Below, piece after piece: positions 25,540 through 64,000 of a DNA stretch of 64,000 bases. The stretch comes from Chrysomallon squamiferum (lineage: Eukaryota > Animalia > Mollusca), in contig CM022669.1 of NCBI GenBank assembly GCA_012295275.1, forward strand, positions 3,472,001 to 3,536,000, read 5' to 3'. The notes beneath the pieces are model-generated. The model did not search any database and had not been told where the DNA came from. It was given only the letters and a program-made list of their open reading frames with translations. Numbering within the stretch: position 1 is the first letter of the stretch; the number at the start of each line of letters is the position of its first letter. The position numbers and the translations under genes are program-made.

Positions 25540-26932
25540 GGCTTACTCCCATCTGGTAGAATTCCCATTTCGTAGAAAGGCTAAATGTGGTTCAGTGGTC
25601 TTATTGACATGTTTGGTTTTACCTCAGTCATTATAATGAACTGCTCCAGATTATTTGGAAAGCGATTATTATTGTATAAATACAGTAACATCTCGCTTAA
25701 CGATACCACGCTTTAACGATCTTTCTTCTTTACAAATTATATAAATAGAAATTTAATTTAATAGTTAACTGCTCGAAATAAAAGATACAAATGTATACAA
25801 TGCATGTTTTTAAGTCCGTTTTCTTTAATTTTTCGTTCATTCACGAGCTTCTCTCAGTTGTGTTGATCAGTTGACACGTCATACGTGCATCTGATATTCT
25901 GATTCTCTTTTGTCTTCTGCTTCGATTTAGACTTAAACTCGTTTGTAATTTACCCTTCCAATATCTCAAAACGAATAACAGTATACCGGCAAATGCTCAT
26001 GATAAAAGAAACGGAAGACAATAACTTTAAAAACAAAATACATTATCTTAAATGAAACCAAACCCACAATGAGCGGCATATAATTATTTCTTAATGTATT
26101 TGTATAAATTGATTTGTAAATGATTTACTGTTTACATAATATCTATAATCTATTAAATCATTTATGTCTAAACTGCCGTTTTATTTCTCCTTATTTCACC
26201 TTTTTTTTTATGTCAGATCTCATCAGCGAGAAAGTAACCACTGCTTTTAACCTTAATTCTCTGTAAATTAGTCTCCTGCTTAACGATACCTCACTTCACT
26301 ATTGGCAATTTGGAACAAATTACATCTTTAATCTGAGGTATTATTGTAGTATGGATATCGCTTATCGCATACAGTATGCAAATATGACAAATATCGAAAT
26401 AATCTATGTATCGAATATAGTGAATGTAAATAATTAAAAAAGAAGGTATTCATCTAAAAGTATTCCCAATGATTTGGTCCTTCGTATAAACTTTTTCAGT
26501 CATAGCCAAAGTATTTGCAGGTCATAATATCTTTAGAGTTCATACTATTAATATACTATGTCACATATATTGTATAATATGTGCGCAATCTGAATATGTA
26601 TGTGTGCATAACGTAAATATGATCAGTAACAGATATCTTGTATATGTTTAAGCTGAATACGGCTGAATTCGAAAATGTAACGTTCAAATATTCTATTTAC
26701 TGAATATAAGTGAATTACTCATATGTAAAATATGTTTTGTTAAAAATTATATTGCTGAATTAGTTATTTATAAGCCATTTTTCTTTTCTTTCATTCTTTT
26801 TTCGTTTTGTTTTTTAATAGATAGATGAAATTGATGTAAAATTGTTTATTATTGGTTGCTTGTTTTGTAACAGAAAGGAAATGTTTATGAATTAGAAATG
26901 ACCAGTTTAAAAAAAAAAAATAATAATAATAA

Positions 26933-26979
<47 letters not shown>

Positions 26980-27356
26980 GTAACAGTAACAGTAATTATA
27001 ATAAGAAGAATAAGAAGAATAACAATAATAATAATAATAACAACAATAATAATAGTAATAATATTATAATAATAATAATAATGTTGATGATGATAATGAG
27101 AAGGAGGAAGATGATGAAATAATGAAAAAGTAACAAATCAACAACAAATGAGTTGTGAATGCTTATTCTGCTTTCGGTTGATGTTACATAATCGATATAG
27201 GAACAATGCGCTCCCCCTCTGAATGTTAGAAAGAAACCAGATGTATGCACAGGCCAAGTTCATTATATACAGAGGTAATCAGGTATTGCGGTAAACCAGG
27301 TTTTTCTACGAAATGGGAATTATACGAACTGGGAATCTACCAAATGGGAAGACACC
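25540..27356. mobile_element. Non-autonomous TIR DNA transposon (~1.8 kb) with internally repetitive TIRs and 8-bp TSD ACGTGGGC (Mutator/foldback-like; superfamily inferred)
   Basis: Left GGCTTACTCCCATCTGGTAGAATTCCCATTTCGTAGAAAGG; right end reverse complement GGTGTCTTCCCATTTGGTAGATTCCCAGTTCGTATAATTCCCATTTCGTAGAAAAACC. Identical ACGTGGGC at 25532-25539 and 27357-27364. Confidence 0.8.
25683..26346 (+). mobile_element. Degenerate Tigger/pogo-like MITE nested in the TIR element, TA TSD, with transposase N-terminal relic
   Basis: TA|CAGTAACATCTCGCTTAACGAT ... ATCTTTAATCTGAGGTATTATTG|TA. Bases 26009-26050 read KRKTITLKTKYIIL, resembling the CENP-B/psq HTH start of Tigger transposases. Confidence 0.7.
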
Positions 27357-28121
27357 ACGTGGGCAGCAGTGGAAAGTCGTACCGCCCCAGGGCGTTCAAA
27401 TATTTCCCTGTTTGTGGTTTGACTGCATCTTTGAAATGAAATTCATTGTCAACATTGAAAAAAGCGTGACACGAAACTAAGTTACTTTTGTTACAATAGA
27501 GGGTAAGAAAGTAAATATTTATAACAGCATAATTATACTGGTGGAAAACATCTTTTAATAAGTTTTTAAACTTTACAAACTCGAAACATATATAAATATA
27601 TATATATATATTATTATTATCATTATCACCATCGTGGTGGTTGTCGCTGTCAGTTCCATTATTGTCATATTTATCCACTACATATTTATCATCATCATCA
27701 TCATCATCACCATCACTACCATTATAATCACCGTCATAGTCGTTGTTAATATTAGCATTATCAGAAGGACCCACTTCATATTTATTTATCATCGTTATCA
27801 TCATTAAATAGGTTAACAATAGGCAGGTTACAAAACATATGTTGTAAGAAACTTAAAGATGCCGTGAAATAACAAAGTTCAATCGTCTCCGGTAAACAAT
27901 TAATTTTAGAAGTAAATCGATTTTACATAAAATACCCTAACAGAAAGCCAGTAGTAATAAAAAATTAAAAAATATCTGAGATTATTTTATTACAAATTAA
28001 ATTTATCGACATTAATGGAGTGTTTCCAAATCTGTCTTGTGTGCGGTATCGAGTTACGTTTTAACTACAGAGACAGAAATATCTTCGATCGTTTTAATAA
28101 TGAAGACGCGGATCCAGGCAG

Positions 28122-28200
<79 letters not shown>

Positions 28201-28324
28201 GCTGTGTGTGTATATGTGTGGCTGTGTGTGTATATGTGTGTGTGTGTGTGATTTGTTTGTGTGTTTGTGAATTCAGTACGTGTGTGTCTGTGTATGTGTG
28301 TGTGAGAGAGAGAGATAGATAGAT

Positions 28325-28516
<192 letters not shown>

Positions 28517-29260
28517 CATTTGAGTGTAGCGATTTGAAAGTAAGTCCCTACAGAGAACAGAATTCTGAATCAGCGCCTTTATTAAGTTACAGTATCTCTG
28601 ACCATGTAAAATTGTGTCTGTGTAATTCTTTCATGTGTATATATACATATGTATAGGCATGCATGTATGACGTATGCATGTACGCATGTATGTATGTTTA
28701 TTTGTATGTGTGTGTGTGTATGTCTTGTTGTCACTCAGTCTTTCTCTTTCTCTCTCTATCTCTCTCTTTCTCTCTCGCTATATGTTTGTGTATGTAGATA
28801 GATAGATAGATAGATAGATATAGATAGATAGATAGATAGATAGGTAGGCAGAGATACGTTAACTTCAGCATGATTAAAAGGAACATATGCAACTGTTGCA
28901 AACAAAAATCATTTAAAAAGGCCACATGACATCTATGTTGCTATCTTTAGTACCAATATTTTACAACGATATATAGACAGATAGATAGATAAAGAGACAA
29001 ACGTACGTTGATTTATCAAGATTAAAATGAACATAAATGCAACTGTTGCAAAAAATCATTTAAAAAGGGCACATGTCATTGATCTTGTGAACTTTAGTAC
29101 AAATATTTTAAAACAAAACGTCAACATGAAGTGTTGTATAAACCGAATATCGACTGTTTTTTTTTTTAAATGACACGTATCATGTGAACGCAAAGATACA
29201 CATATTCACATACAAAGACAAGTACTCGGACACAGACACACAACCACACGTACACACAAA

Positions 29261-29303
<43 letters not shown>

Positions 29304-29834
29304 AAAGAGGGATGACAAACCCGTCAAGGCTTTGAAAATTACATGGTGTTAAATGCAAAACGGTGAACACTGATAATATATACCCTGATTTAAATAATTC
29401 GATATTCGTCTTGTCAAAGTAGGTGTTATATTACAATATCACCACAGAACTTGTACCGATACATACAAAGAGAAATACATACCATGTTATACTATACTAT
29501 GCAATACTATACTATACTATACCATGATATACTATACTATATTATACCATGATATATTATACTATACTATATATACTCCACTACATTACACTATATATAT
29601 AATACACATATTTATATGAACGCACCCATGTACATACATGTTCACACATACACACATACATACACTGTGACACAAAAATGTATAAAAGAACATTCTAAAC
29701 TGTTAGGAAATAAATTTAGAAACATTCTACTAGTAGTAAATACTAGTGCTGCTATTGCTCCTACTGTTGCTACTACTACTACTATGACAACAACAACAAT
29801 AATAATAATATGCAAATACATCACATGAAAATTC

Positions 29835-31196
<1,362 letters not shown>

Positions 31197-31833
31197 TAGA
31201 AAGATTATCTATCACTAAACTATTATTTCTATTTAAACTGTTTTTCGTTTTTATCTTTAATACTACAGATCATAAGCCAGCACTCGATTCAGCCTTTTTT
31301 CTATAATTACTTGGCTTACACTGAATGACGTAAAGCTATAGTTATATATTTATACTCTGTCTAGCAGATGGAGAGGAACTGAATTAAAAAAAAAAAATCT
31401 TTACCTGTCGTACGTTACGATTCAAAGTCATCCCGCTTTGTCATACATGCTGTTCAACATGTTAGAATTCTAAACACGCAGAAACCTAGAGAGCTTACAG
31501 GTGAAAACCAGTCATGCTGACATCTTAACCAGTTTGATATATTTTCTCCTGAATTATCTACGATTACTGTTTAAAAGTACCGCATTACAACCACGCTGTA
31601 TAATTGTATGGATTTCTGTCTAGCGTTTGACCTAGTAAAGCTTACTGAGTTGACACAGGCATTGTCGTACAATTGATACAAGAGGTCAGAGGTCGTTCAG
31701 CTAGGTCGGTGTTCAGGTATTGCTGTAGCTGTATAAATAGCTCATTGTGTATGACACACTTGAACATGTTGTAATGTCGCAGTGTAGTTATTACTGTGCA
31801 GCATTTTGTATCGCAAAGGTTGTGGCATAAACT

Positions 31834-31923
<90 letters not shown>

Positions 31924-32025
31924 CAGACAGACAGACAGCAAGGAGATAGGCGTATCAAGAGAGTGAGAAAGAAAAAAACGACAACAACAGAATGAGATAC
32001 AAAGAAAAGGAGAGAGAAGAGATGA

Positions 32026-32058
<33 letters not shown>

Positions 32059-35000
32059 AACGAAAATAGAGCAGGTCTAAGAATGAATGAAAAATGATAT
32101 AAGTTTCTTTATATAAAAGAAAGATAAACTCTGCTGTTACCTGTGTGATGACTGGATCTCTTCATGCTAATAACGTTATGACACAAGACTTTCTCGCTAT
32201 TTTAAATTATAGTCACATGATGTAATGCATGATATAAAATAATCAGTTTTTACATGATTATGAGTACATCTGTACATCATCTGTACATCTGTACATTATG
32301 GTTATTAATTTTTCTGACTAGATCGTTCTAAAAGATAATAGAAACGATGATGGTGAGTCATTGTCTTTCTACTAACACATAGTGGCAATATTACGTTATT
32401 ATTATTATTGTTATTATTATTATTATTGTTGTTGTTGTTGTTGTTGTTGTTATTAATGAAATGATTATTATAGTAAGTACAAAATATTTTAAATGAATAG
32501 ATAATAATTAAAACAGCTTAGTATTAAAACATAAGATAATAAAAAGATTTTAAATTCTTGTTATTATCTGTGCAGTAAATATAATTCTTTTTCCCATTCT
32601 TAACAGCTTAATCGGTTCTGCCTAAAAATATAGAATACATAACAAAAAATTTCGTGAGACTTTGGACACTGTTGAAATGTTATGATACTCCGTGTAGAAA
32701 TACTGAGAAAACGAAGTCATATTTTACTTAACACATGGCTAGTCTATTAATAATAAAATAAGGAGATAGCGAGAGAAAAAAAAACGCGAGGCCGAATCGC
32801 AAGCTCTACTTTTCAACCAATTTAACAGCGAAGGATCTTTTTACTATGGACTGAAAAGCCCATAACTCGTGTTTGTTAGTCACTGGCCGACAGTTAATTT
32901 AAAACGAGTTTAATTTTGCTTCGTAACATAACAGGGTCAGAACACGTGAATATATTACACTTTAGATTTATGTTCGTAGCCATCGTAAAAAAAAAAAATA
33001 TATATATATATATATAACATCAGTGAATTATTTGTAATGCTAAAATGTAATTATTTAATTAGTTTGTTAGTGTGCGTGTGGGTTATATGTAAAATAGTAA
33101 ATAAATGAAAATATTATCTATTAAAATATTAACGTAATTATTTATTATAGAGAGTGTTTTTTTTGTTTTTTTTTTTTTTTTTATTTTATTTTTTTTTTTT
33201 TTATATATATATATATATATATATATTTACATTTAATGATAGTAACAACAATAATAAATAAAATGTTCAAGGGAGACAACAATGTTATAGACCGAAACTA
33301 AAATTATGTCAGAATTGTCTACCCTGACAGAACCAACAAACCAATGTTGGAAACTTAGAATGACCATAATATTATGTAGAATCTGTTTCTCTTGTATTCA
33401 TTTATTTTATTTATTTATATATTTGTTTGTTTCGTTTGTATGGGTTTTATTTTAAATTTTATTTAGGTTGTTTGTTAGATCGTTATTTTGAAAATTCGTT
33501 GCATACAAGTATTTGTGTGTGTATGTGTATGCATGTACGAATATAAAAATATCAGTTGTGTGTATGTATTGATGTGTAGGTATATAAGTAAGTATGTATT
33601 TATCTATATGTCTTTCTATCTATATTATGCATGCAACTATGTATCTACAAATAATTCGTTGAATTCACGGGTATTTCTTTCTTTCTTTCTTTCTTCTTTC
33701 TTTTTTCTTCTTCTTCTTCTTCTTCTTGTTTTCATTTTGTTTCATTTTGTTTTTTTCTTTTTTACTGACCGACATTTATTTTCTATATGAGTATAATGAA
33801 TCTCGTTTCATTTTGAAAGTAGTATTACCTGAAGTAATGCTGTTCATCTTCACAAAATATTAATTCAACCATAATAACTAGAAGGTATATAAATCATTCA
33901 GAAAGTAAAAGGGAAAATTAAATCTACAGCTACAAAACTATTTATATTCAAAATAACATTTTATTTGATGTTTTATGTATCTTTTTTGAGCTTAGTTTAT
34001 TATTTACTTTCTTTTAATTTTTCTAACTTTTTTCTTCTTTTTCTTAATCTTATTATTTCGTTTCGCCTTAGGCAGAAGATAAATTAAAAAAGATAAAGAG
34101 AAGAATTAAAAAGAGCAAAACGAAAAACAGAAAAAGTCTTTATAATAAGACCATCTTCTTCGTATTTGTAGCACGTGTTAAGCAATAACTAAGTGTGGCT
34201 GCCTGTGAGCGTGTTTTAATCCGATTAAGACGTGTCACACGTCGTTGTCGTCGTCTGTTGTCATTTAACTTTAAAAACTGTTTCTCGACTGGCGCTCGAA
34301 ACCCGCACGAAGAGAGACAATCAAGAACTGCTGGATGTTCATTTTAAAGAGAGCTTACAAAGGCAGTATATATTACTAGTGAGAAAAAGCGGCCGGTGAT
34401 TCAATGCTATTCTGTTTACAGATAGCACTAGCTGGAGGCAATAGTAATACTGTGTTAAGTGACAAAAATCAGGCTTTGTCTAACAAACAAAACCGTACAT
34501 AATTCAACCGGATGGTCAAATTGAAAAAGACGGGGGTAAATTCTTTGTGAAGTTAGTTTTTGTAAACTAGCCCGGAGCAGTTCTTTGTGTCGACAGAACA
34601 TCGCACCTTCGTTCTATTTCACAGCATCTGTGAGGCACCCGGCAATTATTTTGTGAATTCTTTGCAACTGTGTTTCTCTCTCTCTCTCACACACTCACTG
34701 AGACAGAATGTGTTTGCTGCTCTCTCTTATACTCTGAAATACAACCTTTTTCTTGACGAGGGAGCGGTCTCGTTCCAAAGCGTTCCTCAAATACCAGCCG
34801 AACTGTTACTGTTTCGTACAGAAAGAAATTATGCTTGCCGAAACGTGATGTTTCAAATTTTGTGTATGTAATATTTTCACCTCATAAGTGGTATGTGTGT
34901 AGATAACAATTGTGTGAAAGAGTTTTTTAAAACAATTTATACAAAGTAATGAAAACAGTGTTTACCTCTTAAATAAGTTTGTTCAGTGTATCTCTAAGTT

Positions 35001-37885
35001 GTGCAAATAAATGTACAGTACTGTTAAAAATTAACATTATTCTTATTTTTTGTTTGTTTGTTTGTTTATTTGTTTATTTATTAATAATATATGGTTTATA
35101 TATATATATATATATATTCTTTCTTATTTTATTTCATTGTTCATTTATTTATTTATTTATTTATTTGGATATTTGCTTAGTTCATTAGTTTGTTCGTTTT
35201 CTTTCAGTATTTATTATCATTATTTTTTTAATATCATTATGTTTTTATTATTTATATTCCTTTTCTTATGTTTTATTTATAATGAACAAATTATTTTAGA
35301 CTGACTATAAATTATTATTAAATATAATTTTGCAGAAATACTGATAATTACAAAGACGCAAGCACGCACACACAAACAGAGATTAACTAAATTAATCACA
35401 TTGTACTATGTCACTAAACAAAACAAACTTTAAATTTTCATATTGTTCTTCATTTAAACGAGTCTTTTATTAATAATTTAAAACGGCAAATAAATGTTTT
35501 TGTTATTCAAGGTTTAGCAGATTTTGGTGTTTTAAATGGGATTTGTGGGTTTCTGTATTATATTGTTAACCTTTACTCGGAGTAGCTGATGTTAAGATTA
35601 GTCTGATAGCAAAAACGTAAATTAAAAATGTTTGTTGTCTCTGATTTATTTATTTTATTCTTTCTTTATTTCAGTTTATTTTCTTTATTACTTATATCAA
35701 TTATTAATCAATTTAATTATGTTTTATATTTTATTTATTTTAATTGATCATTCATTACTTTTAAATGAACTAATTTAATTAGAGTTTATTCACATAATTA
35801 ATTTGTATTAATAAATTTATTTAATTTTAATTTTATTATATTTTTTATCTCGCTCCAGCCCTCGAGTTCATTCTCTTTTTTTAAAAGCAGATTTTGTTCG
35901 CAGATGTTTATTTTTATTCCAGTTAAGCTGAAGATGTCATCCTTGGAAAGCGTCATCGATACTCTTGAAACTATACATTGTTAGACACGTTATTTCTCAC
36001 TTCTCTGTTTAATAGACCCGAGGTATAAAATTACAGATATATCAGATTATTCAGCTAGGCTAAACCACATACAGCTAAGGCATGGCATAGTACTGTTTGC
36101 TTGAAATAAATTTTCTCGAGTATTTCAGTCAAATCGTGTGTCTGTGGGGAGGCAGAAAAGATTTTTATTATTAACTTTTTTTTTTTTTTTTTTTTTTCGA
36201 AGGTTCAAACAAGTAAAACATGCTGGCATCGCTTAAATTTTAAAGTGGGGCTTTCTTGGGTATATTTTATAATTTATTAACCTATATATGTTTGTCGTGC
36301 CCGGGAGTTTTGCTGTTAGTTTGTTAGTGAGTTAGGTAGAGAGAAGAGAGAGTGTTATGTTAATAGTAGTAACAGCTTTAGTAATAGTAGTTGTAGTAGC
36401 AGCAGCAGAAGCAACAACAGCAGTAGTTGTTGTAGTAGTAGTAAAAGTAGTGGTAGTACTAGTGGTGGTGGTGGTAGTAGTGCTAGTAGTAATGATGGTG
36501 GTTGTGGTTGTAGTAGTAGTAGTAGTAGTTGTAGTAGTAGTAATAGTAGTAGTAGTAGTAGCAGTAGTAGTAAAACAATAATAATAATAAGAAGAAAACG
36601 AAATAAAGAATGACCTTGTTGATAATGAGAAACTAATGATTAAATTTATCGACACTGATTAGCAAAACTTTCGTTGCTTTCGAGATAATGTATTATGAAA
36701 CAAAGAAAATTAAAATGGAGATTAGAAGAAAGCGAAAAAGAAGATAATGACCACGACGAGTAGCAAAAAGAAGATAAAGAAAATGATGATGATGTTGAGC
36801 CAGAAGTAGAAATGAAAAACAAAAACGATCTGAAGCGAGAGGAAAAGTTGATAAGAACAAATCCCCACCCCCAAAAAAAGAAGGAAAAAGAAAAAAAAAA
36901 AAAAAAAAAAAAAAGAAAAGAATTAAAGAAGATAACGATAATAACGATGATGACTATGATAATAATAATGAAGAAAAAGATCACTTAAATGATGAAATTT
37001 TTACGCTGATCTTACTAAAGTGTTTGAGCAAGAAATATTGCATGACGTTTTAACGCTTTGAACTGTTTCATTTGATTAGAAATAATAACTATTAATAAAT
37101 ATACCACTGTCAATACTTTTACCTCTACTAATATAATTTTACTATTATTATTACTATTAGCTGATGCTAATACTATTAATATCTTCTTTCTACTAAATCT
37201 ACTATTACTTTTACAACTGCTACTAGTATTGGCAACAACAACGACAACAATATTAAAATTAATAACAAGAAAAGCAACTTCAGAAGTAATATAACAACAA
37301 CATCAACATGAAAAGATAATAGTTTCTGACAAAAGAACCCGTGCTTATCAAAAATAATTTGTTGTAATAATCTTTAACAGTTTAAATAAAAAAATAAAAA
37401 AAAAATAAAAGAAGAATTATTCTCTGAGTCATTCATTCATTCATTTCTTAATCAATGAACTACAGTTAGAACCATCCTCCTTTCCCAATATTACGTACAA
37501 CAGCAATACCGTGCTATCTGTATTGTCCAAGCTAGTCGTAATTTTATTTATTTCTTTAAAACTGTTAAGTTTAAAACGACTGCTGCTATTAGCCCCTGGC
37601 TGCTTTGAAGTAAAAGGTAAAACGTAAAAGGGCGTTGAAAGGAAGCGACAGAACAGTTGTGTTCTCGATTGTAATCTTCTGGCTGAAGCGTGCAAATGCG
37701 TGGAGATACTGGACGCTCCTGGGCAGACTGAGAGCGCAGAGGAAAGTCATTAAACGGGTTTGATAAATACACTTTACTTACTTCGGTTTTATCTTTCTGA
37801 AACTAAAGCCTCATTGAGAATTAAAAAGAAGAGAATGGTCATGAAAAAAACGAAGAAAAAAAGCCTTAAAACAGAATGAAAACAG

Positions 37886-37920
<35 letters not shown>

Positions 37921-38789
37921 GTAAAAGAAAAAAGAAAAGAAAAAAGAAAAATAACCAAACATATTGAATATGGTAGTTGTAAACATATGTATATATATAT
38001 ATATATTTAGATTTTTTTTATTATTGGTCTTGTTTTAGATTTTCTATTGTTATTGTCACTGTAGTTATTTGAAAACATGTGGTTATTAGTTTTAAAAGAA
38101 GTAAACAACTGTAAAAGTTGAACTAAAAAAAATAAAATCTTATTTATCTGAAGTGCTTGTTTTGTTTTTCTTGCTTTTCTCATTGTTTGTCGATGTTTGT
38201 TTTTGGTGCGTTTTTTTTTTTTTTTTTTTTTTTAATGAAAAACTGAATTGAAAATCTTTATATATATATATATATATAATAAATCAACACATCGTATTTT
38301 ATTTCTTATTTTTATTTAGAGTAATGTTGGTGTTCAAAAACAAAGAACAAAAGTAAAAGTTAAATAAATAATATAGTAAATAAAACAAAATTTGTAACGA
38401 TTTTTTTATTTTCTTTTTTTCAATTCTATTTTTTAATTTAATTACTACTACTACTGCTACTAGTAATATTTTATTGTTATTATTTTAAAAGAAAAAATAC
38501 ATTATTATAAAATACATTCTAAGTAAAAAAAAATAATTGGAAAATTGTTTTTCTACTAAATTCTGGGCTTTTCTCTTGATATCGTTATGTTGGTATTTTA
38601 AAAATAAGAAAAGAACATAAATCATAAATTAAAAAATAAATCTTGTTCTGTTGGTGATAACTGGGAGGTGTGGATGTTGCTGCTGTTTAACACGGCGGCG
38701 ATGCTGTCTGTGTTTGATACGGAGCACAGCACGACACCCTGCTGCTACTGAATTAATTTCATGTTGCGATTCACGAGATTGACACATTA

Positions 38790-38840
38790 CCGTGTAGCCA
38801 ATGAGAGACGCGTACAGCTGTCAGAGGCGGAGATAAAGAA
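38790..38840 (+). promoter_or_regulatory. Candidate Wnt proximal promoter (CCAAT box + GC box)
   Basis: AGCCAATGAG (CCAAT 38798-38802), GAGGCGGAG (38824-38832) and GATAAAG, in a GC-richer island ~550-590 bp upstream of the Wnt ATG. Confidence 0.4.
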
Positions 38841-39386
38841 ATGAGAACCAAAATCACTTTTGTGTTGTTCTGTGCTACCCAGCAGTAACGTGTACTTTGG
38901 TGAAGACGTCAGAAGGATTATATGTTACGACTGCACTCAAATAAACGGAAAAAGAAACCAGTCCACCCAGACTGATATCAAAATTCTTCTTAAATCAACA
39001 CACTAACAAAAAGGTTATTATTTTGCAAAACGTGCAAGCGGTCCTCATAAATTTTATAGTCAGTCTTTTTTTTTTTTTCTTTTTTTTTTTTCAAATTTTT
39101 TTTCCTTTATTTTTTTTTTTTTTTTTGTTGTCTTTCTTCAAATTGTTTCCAGTTGTGAATCTAGCTATTGCTTGGCTTTTATACTGTGTGTGATTAGTGC
39201 AGTCCTCTCCGCTCGGATCTATAACATATCGCTGTGATCTTTTCGAACCGGACAACAGGTGATTCTGACAGATGGAGAAGAAAGGAAACACATTTTGAAT
39301 CGTTTTCGCACGTACAAAAAAAAAAAGAAGAAGAAGAAGAAGAGGGCGAAGAAGAAGAAACTGTGGATTATTTTCCAAACTAAGAG

Positions 39387-63404
<24,018 letters not shown>

Positions 63405-63687
63405 TTTTTGTTGTTTCGTTTTGTGTTATTTTTATTTTATTTTATTTTTTTTAAAAGAAGAAAGAAAAACAAACAATAGTGCATTTTAAATCAAAGAACT
63501 GAAAAGTATACTTTATATTTAGACTATAAAAACTTTATATATCTGACATCTTCACGGAGAAGAATGGCGGTATTTGAGAGGGTTGTGAATTAAAAATATT
63601 TCTGGAGTGTCTGTGAGGAAGTATTGACTGGAACTGCGATGCTTCAGTCGACCGTACTGCCATTCTTATTATTTTTATTTTTAAAAA

Positions 63688-63937
63688 AATAAACAAGGAG
63701 ATATAATATATATGAAGATGTCATCAGAAATTTTCTTGTGTGAGAATATATTTACGCATTTTGTTTTACTGTGCATAATTCGATATTAGAATTCGTTGTC
63801 AATATTATGGTGCATAATTTGATGGATGGGCTGTAAGCGATTTACATTACATGTCGCTGTAACAGGCATGCTGATGGCGATGTAAACAGGTATACAAACA
63901 ATTAGATTTGTGTATGTTTGACAACGAATATAATAAA
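63688..63937 (+). promoter_or_regulatory. Candidate polyadenylation signals of the Wnt gene
   Basis: AATAAA at 63688-63693 and 63932-63937, downstream of the stop. These are common by chance in AT-rich DNA. Confidence 0.3.
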
Positions 63938-64000
63938 ATAGTATAAAAAAACGGAAAGCTTAATACGTTTTCCTTTTGTTATTACTGTAAACAGATAAAT

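Overview
AT-rich, microsatellite-dense animal genomic DNA. The TTAGGG repeats, probable WntA-type gene and dense AG/AC/AAT tracts suggest an invertebrate, plausibly a mollusc such as a cephalopod (inference). Two complete spliced genes can be assembled by hand, arranged head-to-head. On the minus strand is a 10-exon polypeptide N-acetylgalactosaminyltransferase (GALNT family, CDS 18879->7197, 576 aa). On the plus strand is a 4-exon Wnt ligand (probably WntA, CDS 39387->63404, 352 aa, 24 Cys); its signal-peptide exon is absent from the ORF track and lies 17.9 kb upstream of exon 2. Bases 1-3600 are a ~150-195 bp satellite containing (TTAGGG)n tracts, built largely from decayed hexamers, and oriented the wrong way for a left chromosome end. 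The window also holds two Tigger/pogo-like MITEs (one nested in a 1.8 kb TIR element with an 8-bp TSD), two related minisatellites, a tandem amplification of the Wnt exon-2 end plus its splice donor, and candidate TCF/Helper enhancers in Wnt intron 1. Most ORFs in the supplied track are microsatellite artefacts. No clearly new biological system is demonstrated; the best leads are listed as findings.
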